51,530 bases of DNA from Klebsiella pneumoniae (lineage in GTDB: Bacteria; Myxococcota_A; UBA796; SXON01), in NCBI GenBank assembly GCA_945867435.1, contig CAMBIK010000001.1, forward strand, positions 1-51,530. The letters are read 5' to 3'. Below are positions 29,231-37,946 of the stretch, one piece after another (position 1 is the first letter of the stretch; each line of letters begins with the position of its first letter). Under the pieces are notes generated by a model that was not told where the DNA came from, made no database searches, and saw only the letters and a list, made by a program, of their open reading frames with translations. The position numbers were made by a program, and so were the translations under genes.

Positions 29231-29724
29231 TTTGATCCGCTTTCGTGGACACTTCCTGAGAGGCATGCGAGACAGCAGACATGGAAATCAAGAGCACACT
29301 CAAGCAGAAGCGGAAGCCGGGCCGTCAACGCCGGTAGTATACCGATGCGTTCAAGGCCGGCGCGGTCCGACTGGTGGTCGTCGAGGGACGGACGATTGCG
29401 CAGGTGGCCAGGGACCTCGACCTGACGCGGTCGGCGCTCGATGGCTGGGTCACCCAGTCCAAAGCGGACGCCCTTCGCGAAAGAGAATGCGTGAGGTTCG
29501 CATTCATCGACGTGGAGAGGGCAACGTGGCCGGTGACCGTGCTGTGCCGGTCGCTGTTGGTGTCCACCGCCGGTTTCCACGCGTGGCGGGACCGCCCGGA
29601 AGCGGCACACGACGCCGAGGATCGACGCCTCGGCGTGCTGGTCTGGGAGGCGCACAAGCGGAGCCGCGAGACCTACGGCAGCCCCCGCGTGCACGCCGAG
29701 CTGCGCGGTACGACGGGTGCGTGA
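29227..29724 (+). mobile_element. Decayed IS3-family fragment (orfA plus start of orfB, truncated)
   Basis: Candidate IRL 'TGATTTTGATCCGCTTTCGTGGACAC'. 'MEIKSTLKQKRKPGRQRR*YTDAFKAGAVRLVVVEGRTIAQVARDLDLTRSALDGWV' has an in-frame TAG at 29335. It continues 'WPVTVLCRSLLVSTAGFHAWRDRPEA...YGSPRVHAELRG' and then breaks off. There is no DDE domain. Confidence 0.75.
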
Positions 29725-29989
29725 CCGTGAGGTCCCGCAGCGTGACGGACTCGCCGTTATCGACCGAAAACCCGTTGGTTCAGGTGCTGCCTGCTGTGAG
29801 CGTGGTCGTGGCCATGCTCGCGCCTACGATCGTGAGGTTCTTGCCACCGGTGTCCAGGCACTCCGTCCATGTGCCAGCGGCCACGCTGATCGTGTCGCCA
29901 CTGGAGGCCGTCGCGATGGCCGCCCCCACGGCGGTGAACGGCCCCGAGGAACTTACGACGAGCGTTGACGCGAGAGGAGCATCAGTTCT
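29722..29989 (-). pseudogene. 5' remnant of a right-handed beta-helix protein gene
   Basis: My own minus-strand translation gives 'FTAVGAAIATASSGDTISVAAGTWTECLDTGGKNLTIVGASMATTTLTAGSTCTNGFSVDNGESVTLRDLTV', a typical beta-helix N-terminus. There is no in-frame start, and it is absent from the ORF track. Confidence 0.45.
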
Positions 29990-30136
29990 CTCTGGTGAGC
30001 CCCGCTTATGTCGATCTGGGCGTCCCTGCTCGGAGAGACTACGGCATGACGCCGCAGCGGGCTGCGCGCGACCTGTTGAAGAGGGTTCGACCGGTTCGGG
30101 AGCGGAACGGCGCGCGGGTGGTTAGTCGGAGACCAT

Positions 30137-30213
30137 CGGGGCGTAGCTCAGCCTGGTAGAGCGCTTGGTTTGGGACCAAGAAGTCGCAAGTTCGAATCCT
30201 GTCGCCCCGACCA
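30137..30213 (+). tRNA. tRNA-Pro (anticodon TGG)
   Basis: Folded by hand. Acceptor stem CGGGGCG/CGCCCCG; D arm GCTC/GAGC; anticodon stem CTTGG/CCAAG with loop TTTGGGA; T loop TTCGAAT; encoded CCA. 77 nt. The T stem GCAAG/CCTGT has one A-C mismatch. Confidence 0.9.
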
Positions 30214-31776
30214 TTCCGAACGGTGGCCGTTCTGATCATCAGAATTGCCACCGTTCTCCTTTTCTGACTTCGGCCATTGTGCCAATACATCGAAGGGTTT
30301 CCGGAAGGTCACCGAGAGCTGCCCATCGGTAAAAGTAGAGTTCAAGCAGAGCACTTCCAACAAACGGCGCTGTTGGAGGGGCTCCCGCGAAGAAAGTAGG
30401 TCGTAGGCGCGGTTCGCGAGTTCCAGCACCAAAATGGCCGTATCGAGGTTCTGCGAGCTGACGCGGGCGAGCCGCTGGATCTCCTCGGCGGCCTCGCCGC
30501 GCTGCTGTTCCCACTCGGCCCGCTTGGCGTTGAAGAAGTCGTTGTCGATGCGCCCTTCGAGCTTGTCCTCGTAGGCGGCGTTCACCAGCTTGCCGAGGCG
30601 GTCCATGCGGGCCGTGGCGGCGGCGACGCGGGCGGACACGTCCAGCTCGATCTCCTGCCGGGAGCCGGTGAGGGCCTTCTTGACGGCGGCGACCAGGTGC
30701 TCGGGCATCGTGAGGACCGAGACCTCGCGGAGCCACTGCGCCGACAGCTTGGCCTCGGGCATCATCCCGGTGCCGCAGTACCGGGCGCAGTGGTAGTAGA
30801 TGTACTTCTCCTTCTTGATCTGCGCGGTGATCGCGGCCCCGCAGTGCCCGCAGGTGATCATGCCGGTGTAGGCGAAGGTGAGTTCGCGGGCGCGCGTGTA
30901 GGGGTGCCCGTCAAGCCGAGCCTGCACGCGCTCGAAGACCTCCCAGCGGATGATCGCGGGGTCTTTCCCGGCGTAGACGGCTCCGCCCCAATGGAACTGC
31001 CCGGCGTACAGCGGGTTGCGGAGCAGCGAGTGGATCACGCTCTTGCCGAGGGTGCCGCCGTTGCGGCCCTTCAGACCCGCCTTCAGCGCGTAGGCGGCGA
31101 GCGTCTCGACACTGTGGTCCCCCCGGTCGTACAGCTCGAACAGGTTGCGGACGAGCAGGGCTTTCTCGGGGTCCACGACGAGCTGGCTCTTGCCGTTCTC
31201 GCGCCGGTTCAGGTAGCCGATGGGTGCGGCACCGGGGTAGTGCCCCTCCTCGCACTTCTGGACCATCCCCTTCTTGACCTCCTCCGAGAGATTGTCCACG
31301 TAGTTCTTGGCCATGAGCACTTTTATCCCGTGGATGAACTTCTCCGAGGACCGCGACTCGTCCGAGAGCACAATGCCCTCCTTGACGAAGTGGATGTCCA
31401 CCTTCATCTCGTCGAGAGCGACCCAATCCTTGAGGTTTCGGTAGAGTCGGTCGGTCTTTTCCACCAGGACGACCGGAGCCTTGACGCCCTTCTTCTTGAG
31501 CATCAGGAGCAGCCGCGTGAACGCGATCCGCCCGGTCTTCTTCGCCGTCTCCACGTCGATGAACTCCTCCAGAATGGCGAAGCCGTTGTCGGCGGCGTAC
31601 TTCTTGAGGATCGCCTGCTGTGCGGGGATGGAGAAGCCCTCGCGCTCCTGCTCGCGCGAGGACACGCGGGCGTAGAGGACCGCCTGCTTCATCGAGGGGG
31701 CCAGCGCGGCGGCGGCGGCCTTTGCGGCGGGTGATCGGCCCGGTCGGGCGGTTCGGCGGGTGGGCGAGATCGACAT
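30148..31776 (-). CDS. Large serine recombinase (integrase)
   Basis: 'AVLYARVSSREQEREGFSIPAQ' resolvase catalytic motif, recombinase domain, zinc ribbon 'CGHCGAAIT...YYHCARYC', and a coiled-coil C-terminus. Start 'MSISPT' at 31776, or 'MKQAV' at 31692. The last 22 codons are antisense to the tRNA. Confidence 0.9.
   Translation of the reverse strand: MSISPTRRTARPGRSPAAKAAAAALAPSMKQAVLYARVSSREQEREGFSIPAQQAILKKYAADNGFAILEEFIDVETAKKTGRIAFTRLLLMLKKKGVKAPVVLVEKTDRLYRNLKDWVALDEMKVDIHFVKEGIVLSDESRSSEKFIHGIKVLMAKNYVDNLSEEVKKGMVQKCEEGHYPGAAPIGYLNRRENGKSQLVVDPEKALLVRNLFELYDRGDHSVETLAAYALKAGLKGRNGGTLGKSVIHSLLRNPLYAGQFHWGGAVYAGKDPAIIRWEVFERVQARLDGHPYTRARELTFAYTGMITCGHCGAAITAQIKKEKYIYYHCARYCGTGMMPEAKLSAQWLREVSVLTMPEHLVAAVKKALTGSRQEIELDVSARVAAATARMDRLGKLVNAAYEDKLEGRIDNDFFNAKRAEWEQQRGEAAEEIQRLARVSSQNLDTAILVLELANRAYDLLSSREPLQQRRLLEVLCLNSTFTDGQLSVTFRKPFDVLAQWPKSEKENGGNSDDQNGHRSEWSGRQDSNLRLLGPKPSALPG
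30218..30256 (+). terminator. Stem-loop plus T-rich tract just 3' of tRNA-Pro (or recombinase att half-sites)
   Basis: 'GAACGGTGGC' (30218..30227) and 'GCCACCGTTC' (30247..30256) form a perfect 10-bp inverted repeat with a 19-nt spacer centred on TGATCA, followed by 'TCCTTTTCT'. Confidence 0.45.
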
Positions 31777-31947
31777 GGGGCTCCGGGGAGGGGTCAGCGG
31801 GGCCGGAGCTTGACGTAATTCCTGGCCGCCGTCCAGCCCAACCGCAGACGACCTGAACAGATGTAACGTGCTGCGGTTCGGCGCGTTATGGCGGGTGCCC
31901 TCGCGCGCGCCGTCCCGGCGTGCCCCCTCGTCCCGCCGGGATTTGCA

Positions 31948-34386
31948 ATGCCCACCTTCGCCGCCGATGATCCACTCGCCACCCCGCAGCGACTCGACGC
32001 TGAACCCGACCCCCACTTCTGGGAGGACGGGCTCGGGTTTCTTGGCTTCCGGCGTTCGATGAACGAGATCGCGCGGGCACCGGATGTGCTCTTCCACCGG
32101 CTTTTCGGGGACGGGGAAAACGCCGAGGCGGCCCGCGACGTGCTTCGTTCGTTCGGGGACTCCACTCCGGTGAGGGCGAACCTGATGTTGGCGGCGGCCT
32201 ACGTCGCGAAGATGGACACCCCCGCGATCGTTGACGCCGCGCGGATCGCGCTTGGCGAGGACGCGGTGGCGGAACCCGACTCGCCGGGCCGACGCGACCG
32301 TGGCGCGCTGGCGGCTCGAATCGCTGCGGCCAGTCTCGGGCACCTGTTCTCCGCCCGGGCGCTGGACGACTGGCGACTGCGGAAGCGTGTCACTATCCGG
32401 GCGACCGGTCAACATCGCGTTCTGACGGCCCCTATCCCGGATCTGCCCTGGCGGAAGTTGGCCGCCGAGGCGTTGCGGGCGATGGGCGCACAGCGGGGCA
32501 AGCTCGCTCTTCGCTCGGTGGTCGCCCGACCGTGGGCGGAGGACGTGCTCCTCGGGTTCCGTGACCGCGGCGGAGCGACGTCATCGCGGGACGACGATGA
32601 CCACTTTCAACCTGGGCACAAAGAGGATTGGGTCTACGTTCGCTTCTTCGAGAAGATGGACCGCGCCCACGTCTCGGCCTTCGACCCGGAGCGCGCGCGG
32701 GTGCTGGCGGGAAGGCTCGCAACGGCACTGTGGGACGCGACGGCGACCTACGAGTGGGCACGCGACCCGCTCACACCGGATCGGATGATGGAGTTCCACG
32801 ACCGGCTCGTCAACCCGTCGGACAAGACGTTCCGGCTCCTTGAGGTCGTCGCCGAGTTGCCGGGGCTGTGGCGTCGGCCTGTGCTGAAGCTCGGCAACCA
32901 CGGCCAGGAGCGCGTGGAGCCGGCGCTCGTGGAGCTGTGGTCCGCGAAAGTGGGGTTCGCGAGGGACTACGCGACCGTCCTCCGGGTGAAGATGGGGTTC
33001 AGCCACGCCGGCCACGTCTACCGGATCGAGCTTCACTACCCCGAGGATCCTTTCGCGTCGGAGCTTCCGCTGGCCTACACGTCGCGCGGCGTGAGCCCCG
33101 AGGTCGGGCAGGCCCTTCAGAGCCTGTTCGAGTCGGAGCTGGGTGTCTGCATCAACCCCCGCAGTCTCGGTGACGCGACCGGGCGCAGCTCGCCGTACGC
33201 CAAGCGCCCGTCGGAAATGGCCGAGCGGCACTGGACGCGCCTCCTCGGGAGCACGGTTGACAACCCGGCGAATTGGGAGTTGGACGAGCTGAAACGCCTC
33301 GCGACCCAAGGGCTCATCAGCATGGAGGAGCGAGCGGCGTTCCGGTGCGGGAGCCCCGCCATCCTGGCGCGGCCCGAGAATGCCCCGGAAGGATGCACCG
33401 GAGTCGTGGTCGGTGAGGTCGGCTCCGTTCGAGGGGGGGCACCCTTCGCGCAGCCGGCCGGACTCCGCCTCTCTTGCAGCCGCTGCTCTGCGATTTGGCC
33501 GTCCGACCAGGCGCACCTTCCCTGGTTTCACCAGATTGTCGTCCATGTGGATGAGCGTGCCGTCTGGCCCGTGGTCCGCGACGCCATCTTGCCCGGGATC
33601 GAGGGTGCGAACCGCCGGGTGCCGGGAGTTCTGGCGTGGCACGATGACGAGGGACAACCTTGCGTGGTGATCTCCGCGGACACCGCGCCCGAGGAATGGC
33701 GCGAGATCCGGCATGTGATCGGGAGACGGGCGGCGTGGATCACCACGGGCGCCGTGGCTGCGGCGCGCTACGGCGACAGGGGCGTCATGCTCGCACGCGC
33801 CCTCGCGAGCCCCGGCGGCGGCGCACTTCGCCGGGCGCTGGCCGCCGGCCCCGTTCCTGCGGACGCCGGAGCCGGCGGGGGGGCTGACATCTTACCCCCG
33901 CCACCCTACCTGCATCGTGGCACTCCGACGGGCTTGCCGGTCGTCCACATCCAGCGCGGCGACGACCGCGTGTACCTCGGCGATCAGGCGGTCGTAGAGG
34001 AGGACGAACATAGGTTGTTCCTATTCTTCGCCGTGCTCCAGTACGCGGAGGAGGCACGGGCGCGCGACCCAGCGGAGCCAGAGTACACCACGGGCGAGGT
34101 GCTCGCCGCCTATATCAACGACACGATCCGCGAGGTTCGGAGCGACCCCTCCATCGAAGGCGATGTCTCGGGGAGGAACATCCACGATTGGGTGGTGCGC
34201 GCGCGCAAGGTCATCGACGAACGCGCCAGACCGACGGATCAGGGGGCGTTGGTGATCGAATCGCCGGGCACCCAGCCGGGGTATCGCGTAGGACCGAGGT
34301 ACAAGTTGCAACATTTTTCGCTGCGTGACGAGGTGCGTCGGTACAAGGGTGCTCTCCGCGCCTCATCGAAGGGGTCGAAAAGGTAG
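31948..34386 (+). CDS. Large orphan protein (about 813 aa) with a winged-helix-like C-terminus
   Basis: Start 'MPTFAADDP'. No catalytic motif recognised. The C-terminal 'EYTTGEVLAAYIN...SGRNIHDWVVRARKVIDER...LVIESPGTQPGYRV' resembles the OmpR/PhoB-type wHTH layout. Confidence 0.6.
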   Translation: MPTFAADDPLATPQRLDAEPDPHFWEDGLGFLGFRRSMNEIARAPDVLFHRLFGDGENAEAARDVLRSFGDSTPVRANLMLAAAYVAKMDTPAIVDAARIALGEDAVAEPDSPGRRDRGALAARIAAASLGHLFSARALDDWRLRKRVTIRATGQHRVLTAPIPDLPWRKLAAEALRAMGAQRGKLALRSVVARPWAEDVLLGFRDRGGATSSRDDDDHFQPGHKEDWVYVRFFEKMDRAHVSAFDPERARVLAGRLATALWDATATYEWARDPLTPDRMMEFHDRLVNPSDKTFRLLEVVAELPGLWRRPVLKLGNHGQERVEPALVELWSAKVGFARDYATVLRVKMGFSHAGHVYRIELHYPEDPFASELPLAYTSRGVSPEVGQALQSLFESELGVCINPRSLGDATGRSSPYAKRPSEMAERHWTRLLGSTVDNPANWELDELKRLATQGLISMEERAAFRCGSPAILARPENAPEGCTGVVVGEVGSVRGGAPFAQPAGLRLSCSRCSAIWPSDQAHLPWFHQIVVHVDERAVWPVVRDAILPGIEGANRRVPGVLAWHDDEGQPCVVISADTAPEEWREIRHVIGRRAAWITTGAVAAARYGDRGVMLARALASPGGGALRRALAAGPVPADAGAGGGADILPPPPYLHRGTPTGLPVVHIQRGDDRVYLGDQAVVEEDEHRLFLFFAVLQYAEEARARDPAEPEYTTGEVLAAYINDTIREVRSDPSIEGDVSGRNIHDWVVRARKVIDERARPTDQGALVIESPGTQPGYRVGPRYKLQHFSLRDEVRRYKGALRASSKGSKR

Positions 34387-34493
34387 GGTCCACCGTGGCG
34401 CGGGTGCGCACTCCGGGCCGACGCGAGGGGCCCGGTGCGTTGACGCCCCGTTCCATACAAGGTGGCGTTTGATGGGCTGAATATCAGTGCGGC

Positions 34494-34697
34494 GTGAAGC
34501 GACGAACCGCACCGCTGTATGTCGAGGCTGACGCCAAGCAGGCGCTCCGCGAAGCGTTCCAGCCGTTGTACGACGAGCCGCTCACCGACCACCACGTCGG
34601 GGAGATCTCCGACAACCTCCGCCGCTACTTCGCGATCCTCGCGGAGTGGGATGCGGAGGACAAGCTGCGCGCCGTGGGCGCGAAGGCGGGACCATGA
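34494..34697 (+). CDS. Small hypothetical protein (67 aa)
   Basis: GTG start, balanced helical-looking sequence. Its stop overlaps the next ATG (ATGA). Confidence 0.4.
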   Translation: MKRRTAPLYVEADAKQALREAFQPLYDEPLTDHHVGEISDNLRRYFAILAEWDAEDKLRAVGAKAGP

Positions 34698-34894
34698 CGG
34701 AGACGAAGCCAGTGGCGTCCATTCGGGACGCCGCTCACGACGCGCGCGACGGCAAGGCCACGTCGCCGAAGGGTCCAGGGGCACCGATGCCCCGCCACCC
34801 CACGCGCCCACCGAAGCTGGACCGCCGGGGCCTGAACATTCACCAGACGCCACGGCGGCACGGCCCGGTGAGTCGCCGCCGAGGTCGGCGGTGA
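34694..34894 (+). CDS. Small basic hypothetical protein (66 aa), doubtful
   Basis: ATGA coupling upstream, and its TGA lies 2 nt before the next ATG. However, the sequence is Pro/Arg-rich and low-complexity. Confidence 0.3.
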   Translation: MTETKPVASIRDAAHDARDGKATSPKGPGAPMPRHPTRPPKLDRRGLNIHQTPRRHGPVSRRRGRR

Positions 34895-34896
34895 GG

Positions 34897-35781
34897 ATGT
34901 TCACGCTCACGGTCTTGCCTGCGCCGACGATCCGGCCGGGGGGGGATCCGAACGACGCCGCCAGCGTCGTCTGGCCTGCGGCGGGGGAAAGCAGGGCACT
35001 CGACGCGCGCGAGCTGGTCGCCTTCTTCCTCGTTCGACACCTCGCCCCGGGCAAGTTCGCCTGTCCGTACTTCCTCGTGGGCGCGTTTGCCGACGGCGTG
35101 CGGCGCAACTCGGCGTTCCTCTTTGCGTCGGTGGTCGCGCTCGACGTGGAGAAGGGGCCGACCACACAGGAGGCCCATGCGCTGTTCCGGGGCTGGGCGC
35201 ACATCGTCTACACCACCTGGTCCCATCGGGCCGACGCACACCGCTTTCGGGTCGTGTTCCCGCTCGCGCGCGACGTGAGCGCGGACGAGTACAAGCGGCT
35301 CTGGTCGCGACTGGCCGCCATGCTCGGCACCGGGGCGGACGCGCAGACGAAGGATCTCGCTCGCGCGCTGTTCCTACCAGCGCAGCGGCCGGACGGCGGA
35401 CGTTCGGCCGCGAAAGCATGGGAAGACGCACCTTTCCTCGACCCTGACGCGGTTCTGGCGGAAGTGCCGCCCTCGCCCCGACGGCCCCTCAGCCCGCCGC
35501 GTCCTCCTGTTCGCCTCCCGCCGGGGATCGCCCGGCGCGAGGCCCAGGAGCGCCTCAAGACCGATCCCGCGTGTCGGCGGCGCGCCGCCGAGTACCTCGA
35601 CGCCACGATCCGGGGCAACCGCGCCGAGGGGGTGCTCTGCCCACGATGCGAGCGCACGTCCGTCTGGTTCTGGATCGAGCCGGGGAGGATGAGCATCGCG
35701 AGCTGCAACCACCGGAACTCCTGCGGGTGGTGGGGCCACCTCGACGAGCTGCTCGACGCGCACGGGGGCAGCGATGTCTGA
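34897..35781 (+). CDS. AEP-type primase-polymerase-like protein with C-terminal zinc finger
   Basis: Motif order is 'VVALDVEKG' (acidic motif I), 'TTWSHRADAHRFRVVFPL' (His motif), 'DAQTKDLARALFLPA' (motif III-like), then 'CPRCERTS...CNHRNSC'. This is inference from motif layout only. GTG at 34891 is an alternative start. Confidence 0.5.
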   Translation: MFTLTVLPAPTIRPGGDPNDAASVVWPAAGESRALDARELVAFFLVRHLAPGKFACPYFLVGAFADGVRRNSAFLFASVVALDVEKGPTTQEAHALFRGWAHIVYTTWSHRADAHRFRVVFPLARDVSADEYKRLWSRLAAMLGTGADAQTKDLARALFLPAQRPDGGRSAAKAWEDAPFLDPDAVLAEVPPSPRRPLSPPRPPVRLPPGIARREAQERLKTDPACRRRAAEYLDATIRGNRAEGVLCPRCERTSVWFWIEPGRMSIASCNHRNSCGWWGHLDELLDAHGGSDV

Positions 35782-37936
35782 CTGGCAAGACGATGTCTGC
35801 GGCGTCAGCGAGGAGCCACCGCCCGATCCCGCCAAAGGGTGGGAGCTGCTGGCGCGACTCCGCGAGCTCGCGGGCGGCGACGGCGCGCCCGCCACGGTGA
35901 TCGAGGCGGTCCAGGTCGCGACGGCCGACCGCGCCACGGTCGCCGGGCTCGGTGCCTGCCACCGCGTGGAGCGGGCGCGGTTCGATGGGCTGACCCTTGC
36001 GCTGGGGAGTGTTCGCGGGCTGAAGGCAACCGCCGCCGTGCTCGCCCGCACGGCGAAAGAGGAGGGCGAGCGCCAGGAGAAGGCCGAGCGATCGACGCGC
36101 GCGCGCCGAGCCGCAGCACCCGCCAGCTCGAAGCTGGTCACGAGCCTGGAGCGGTGTCTGCGCGGCTACTCGCTCTCGACCGACCTTGTCGCACCCCCTG
36201 GCTACGACATCGACGATTGCGGAGTTCGCAAGCGCGTCGTCAACGAGGACACCGGCGAGGAGACGATCATCCCCGTCGCGGCCCGGCCGTTCGTCACCGT
36301 CGCCCGCTGCGTGAACATCCAGGACCACACCGTGGTCAGCCTGCTCGCGTGGCTGAAGGTCGGCGGCGGATGGGGCCAGCACACCGTTCCGCGCGTCACC
36401 GTCTCGGACGCTCGGGCGCTCGTCACGCTGGCGAACCTGGACGCGCCGGTCCACTCGAACAACGCCTCGGACTGCGTCACCTACATCGCAGCGTTTGAGG
36501 CGACCAACGCTGCCGTACTGCCGGAGGCGCTGGTCAGCCCGATCATGGGCTGGTGCGGCACCGATGCCGACCTGTCCTTCCTCTGGGGGCGGAACCAAGT
36601 CCGCGCGGACGGCGTCCACTCCAGCGGCTCCGTGGACGAGCTGCCGCCGTCTTCGTGGCGTGCCGGGCAGATCCACCTGCTGCCGAGCGACCCGGGCCTG
36701 CGCTCCGCCGCCGCCGGGTTCCACGCGGCGGGCTCGTGGGAGGGCTGGGTCGAGTGTGTCCGCGAGGTCACGCCCTACCCGCGCGTGATGCTCGCGATTT
36801 TCGCGGCGATGGTCCCGCCGCTCATGCGCTTCCTGCCCGCGTTGTCCAACTTCGTGCTGGACTTCAGCGGGGTCACCAGCCAGGGCAAGACGACGGCACT
36901 TCGCGCCGCCGCCTCGGTGTGGGGGAGCGCCGACGAGCGCGGCGACGGCATCCTGCACACCTGGGACAACACCCACGTCTTCGCCGAGCGCATCGCCGCC
37001 CTCTGCAACTACCTGCCTTTGTTCCTCGACGACACCAAGCGCGCGCGAAAGCGCGAGGACGTCGGCCGCGCCGTCTACAACCACGCGAGCGGCGTCGGCC
37101 GGGGGCGGGGCTCGCTCACGTCTGTCCAGCGGACGACGCGCACCCACAGCGTGCTGCTCTCCACAGGCGAGGAGGCGATCACGTCGTTCACCAACGACGG
37201 CGGCACCCGCGCCCGGTGCATCTGCCTCTGGGGGTCGCCGCTCGGCGGCGCGGACACCGCCACGGTCGAGGTGGTTCGGAGGCTCAACGCCGGGATCATG
37301 GCCCACTATGGGCACCTCGGCCCCACGCTCGTTCAGAAGCTCGCCAGCGACGCCGAGGGCCGGGATGATGTGCGCCGGGTCTACGAAACCGAGATGGAGG
37401 CGTGGACGAAGCTGGCCAACGGCAACGGGGTGGCGAGCCGCGCCGCCCAGTACGTCGCCGCGCTCGCCGTCGCCGAGCAGCTGTTCTACGCCATCACCGG
37501 GCTTCCCCGGCCGGCGACCCCGGCGGTCAACGAGGCGTGGGAGGCCGTACTGAAGGGGTCCGTCGAGGCCGACCGCGCCACGGACGCGCTCCGCCAGGTG
37601 ATTTCGTGGGCGACGGGCCAGCAGGCGCGTTTCCACGGGCGCATGGAGGCCGAGGGCACCGACTCGGGCTCGGCACCCGCCGCCGGCTGGCTTGGCGCGT
37701 GGACACGCGCAGAAAACTGGCGGTACCTCGCCGTGCTCCCGACCGAGCTGCGCGCGTTCCTCGAACGGCAGAAGTTCGACGCCGACGCCGCGCTCCGCAC
37801 CTGGGGCGACCGCGACTGGCTCCTCCGCGATGGGCGCCACCTGACTCGCAAAGTGACGATCGGTGAGCGAAAGGACCGTTGTATCTGCATCTCCCGCGAG
37901 GCGTGCGACACCGTCTCCGAGGCCGACGATGCGTAG
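35774..37936 (+). CDS. DUF927-type P-loop helicase/NTPase (replicative, SF3-like)
   Basis: 'FSGVTSQGKTTALRAAASVWGS...HTWDNTHVFAERIAALCNYLPLFLDDTKRA' gives Walker A and B with DUF927-like context. It overlaps the prim-pol stop by 8 nt. Confidence 0.75.
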   Translation: MSDWQDDVCGVSEEPPPDPAKGWELLARLRELAGGDGAPATVIEAVQVATADRATVAGLGACHRVERARFDGLTLALGSVRGLKATAAVLARTAKEEGERQEKAERSTRARRAAAPASSKLVTSLERCLRGYSLSTDLVAPPGYDIDDCGVRKRVVNEDTGEETIIPVAARPFVTVARCVNIQDHTVVSLLAWLKVGGGWGQHTVPRVTVSDARALVTLANLDAPVHSNNASDCVTYIAAFEATNAAVLPEALVSPIMGWCGTDADLSFLWGRNQVRADGVHSSGSVDELPPSSWRAGQIHLLPSDPGLRSAAAGFHAAGSWEGWVECVREVTPYPRVMLAIFAAMVPPLMRFLPALSNFVLDFSGVTSQGKTTALRAAASVWGSADERGDGILHTWDNTHVFAERIAALCNYLPLFLDDTKRARKREDVGRAVYNHASGVGRGRGSLTSVQRTTRTHSVLLSTGEEAITSFTNDGGTRARCICLWGSPLGGADTATVEVVRRLNAGIMAHYGHLGPTLVQKLASDAEGRDDVRRVYETEMEAWTKLANGNGVASRAAQYVAALAVAEQLFYAITGLPRPATPAVNEAWEAVLKGSVEADRATDALRQVISWATGQQARFHGRMEAEGTDSGSAPAAGWLGAWTRAENWRYLAVLPTELRAFLERQKFDADAALRTWGDRDWLLRDGRHLTRKVTIGERKDRCICISREACDTVSEADDA

Positions 37937-37946
37937 CGCGGCCCGA

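Noticed and set aside
29226-30125. 299-aa plus-strand ORF across the IS fragment and beta-helix remnant
   Set aside because: Arg/Gly-rich read-through in a frame different from the IS3-like orfA/orfB, with no motifs.
31777-32415. N-terminal 213-codon extension of the recombinase ORF
   Set aside because: Arg/Pro/Gly-rich and overlapping the divergent 31948 gene. The resolvase catalytic motif follows 'MSISPT'/'MKQAV', so the start was set at 31776.
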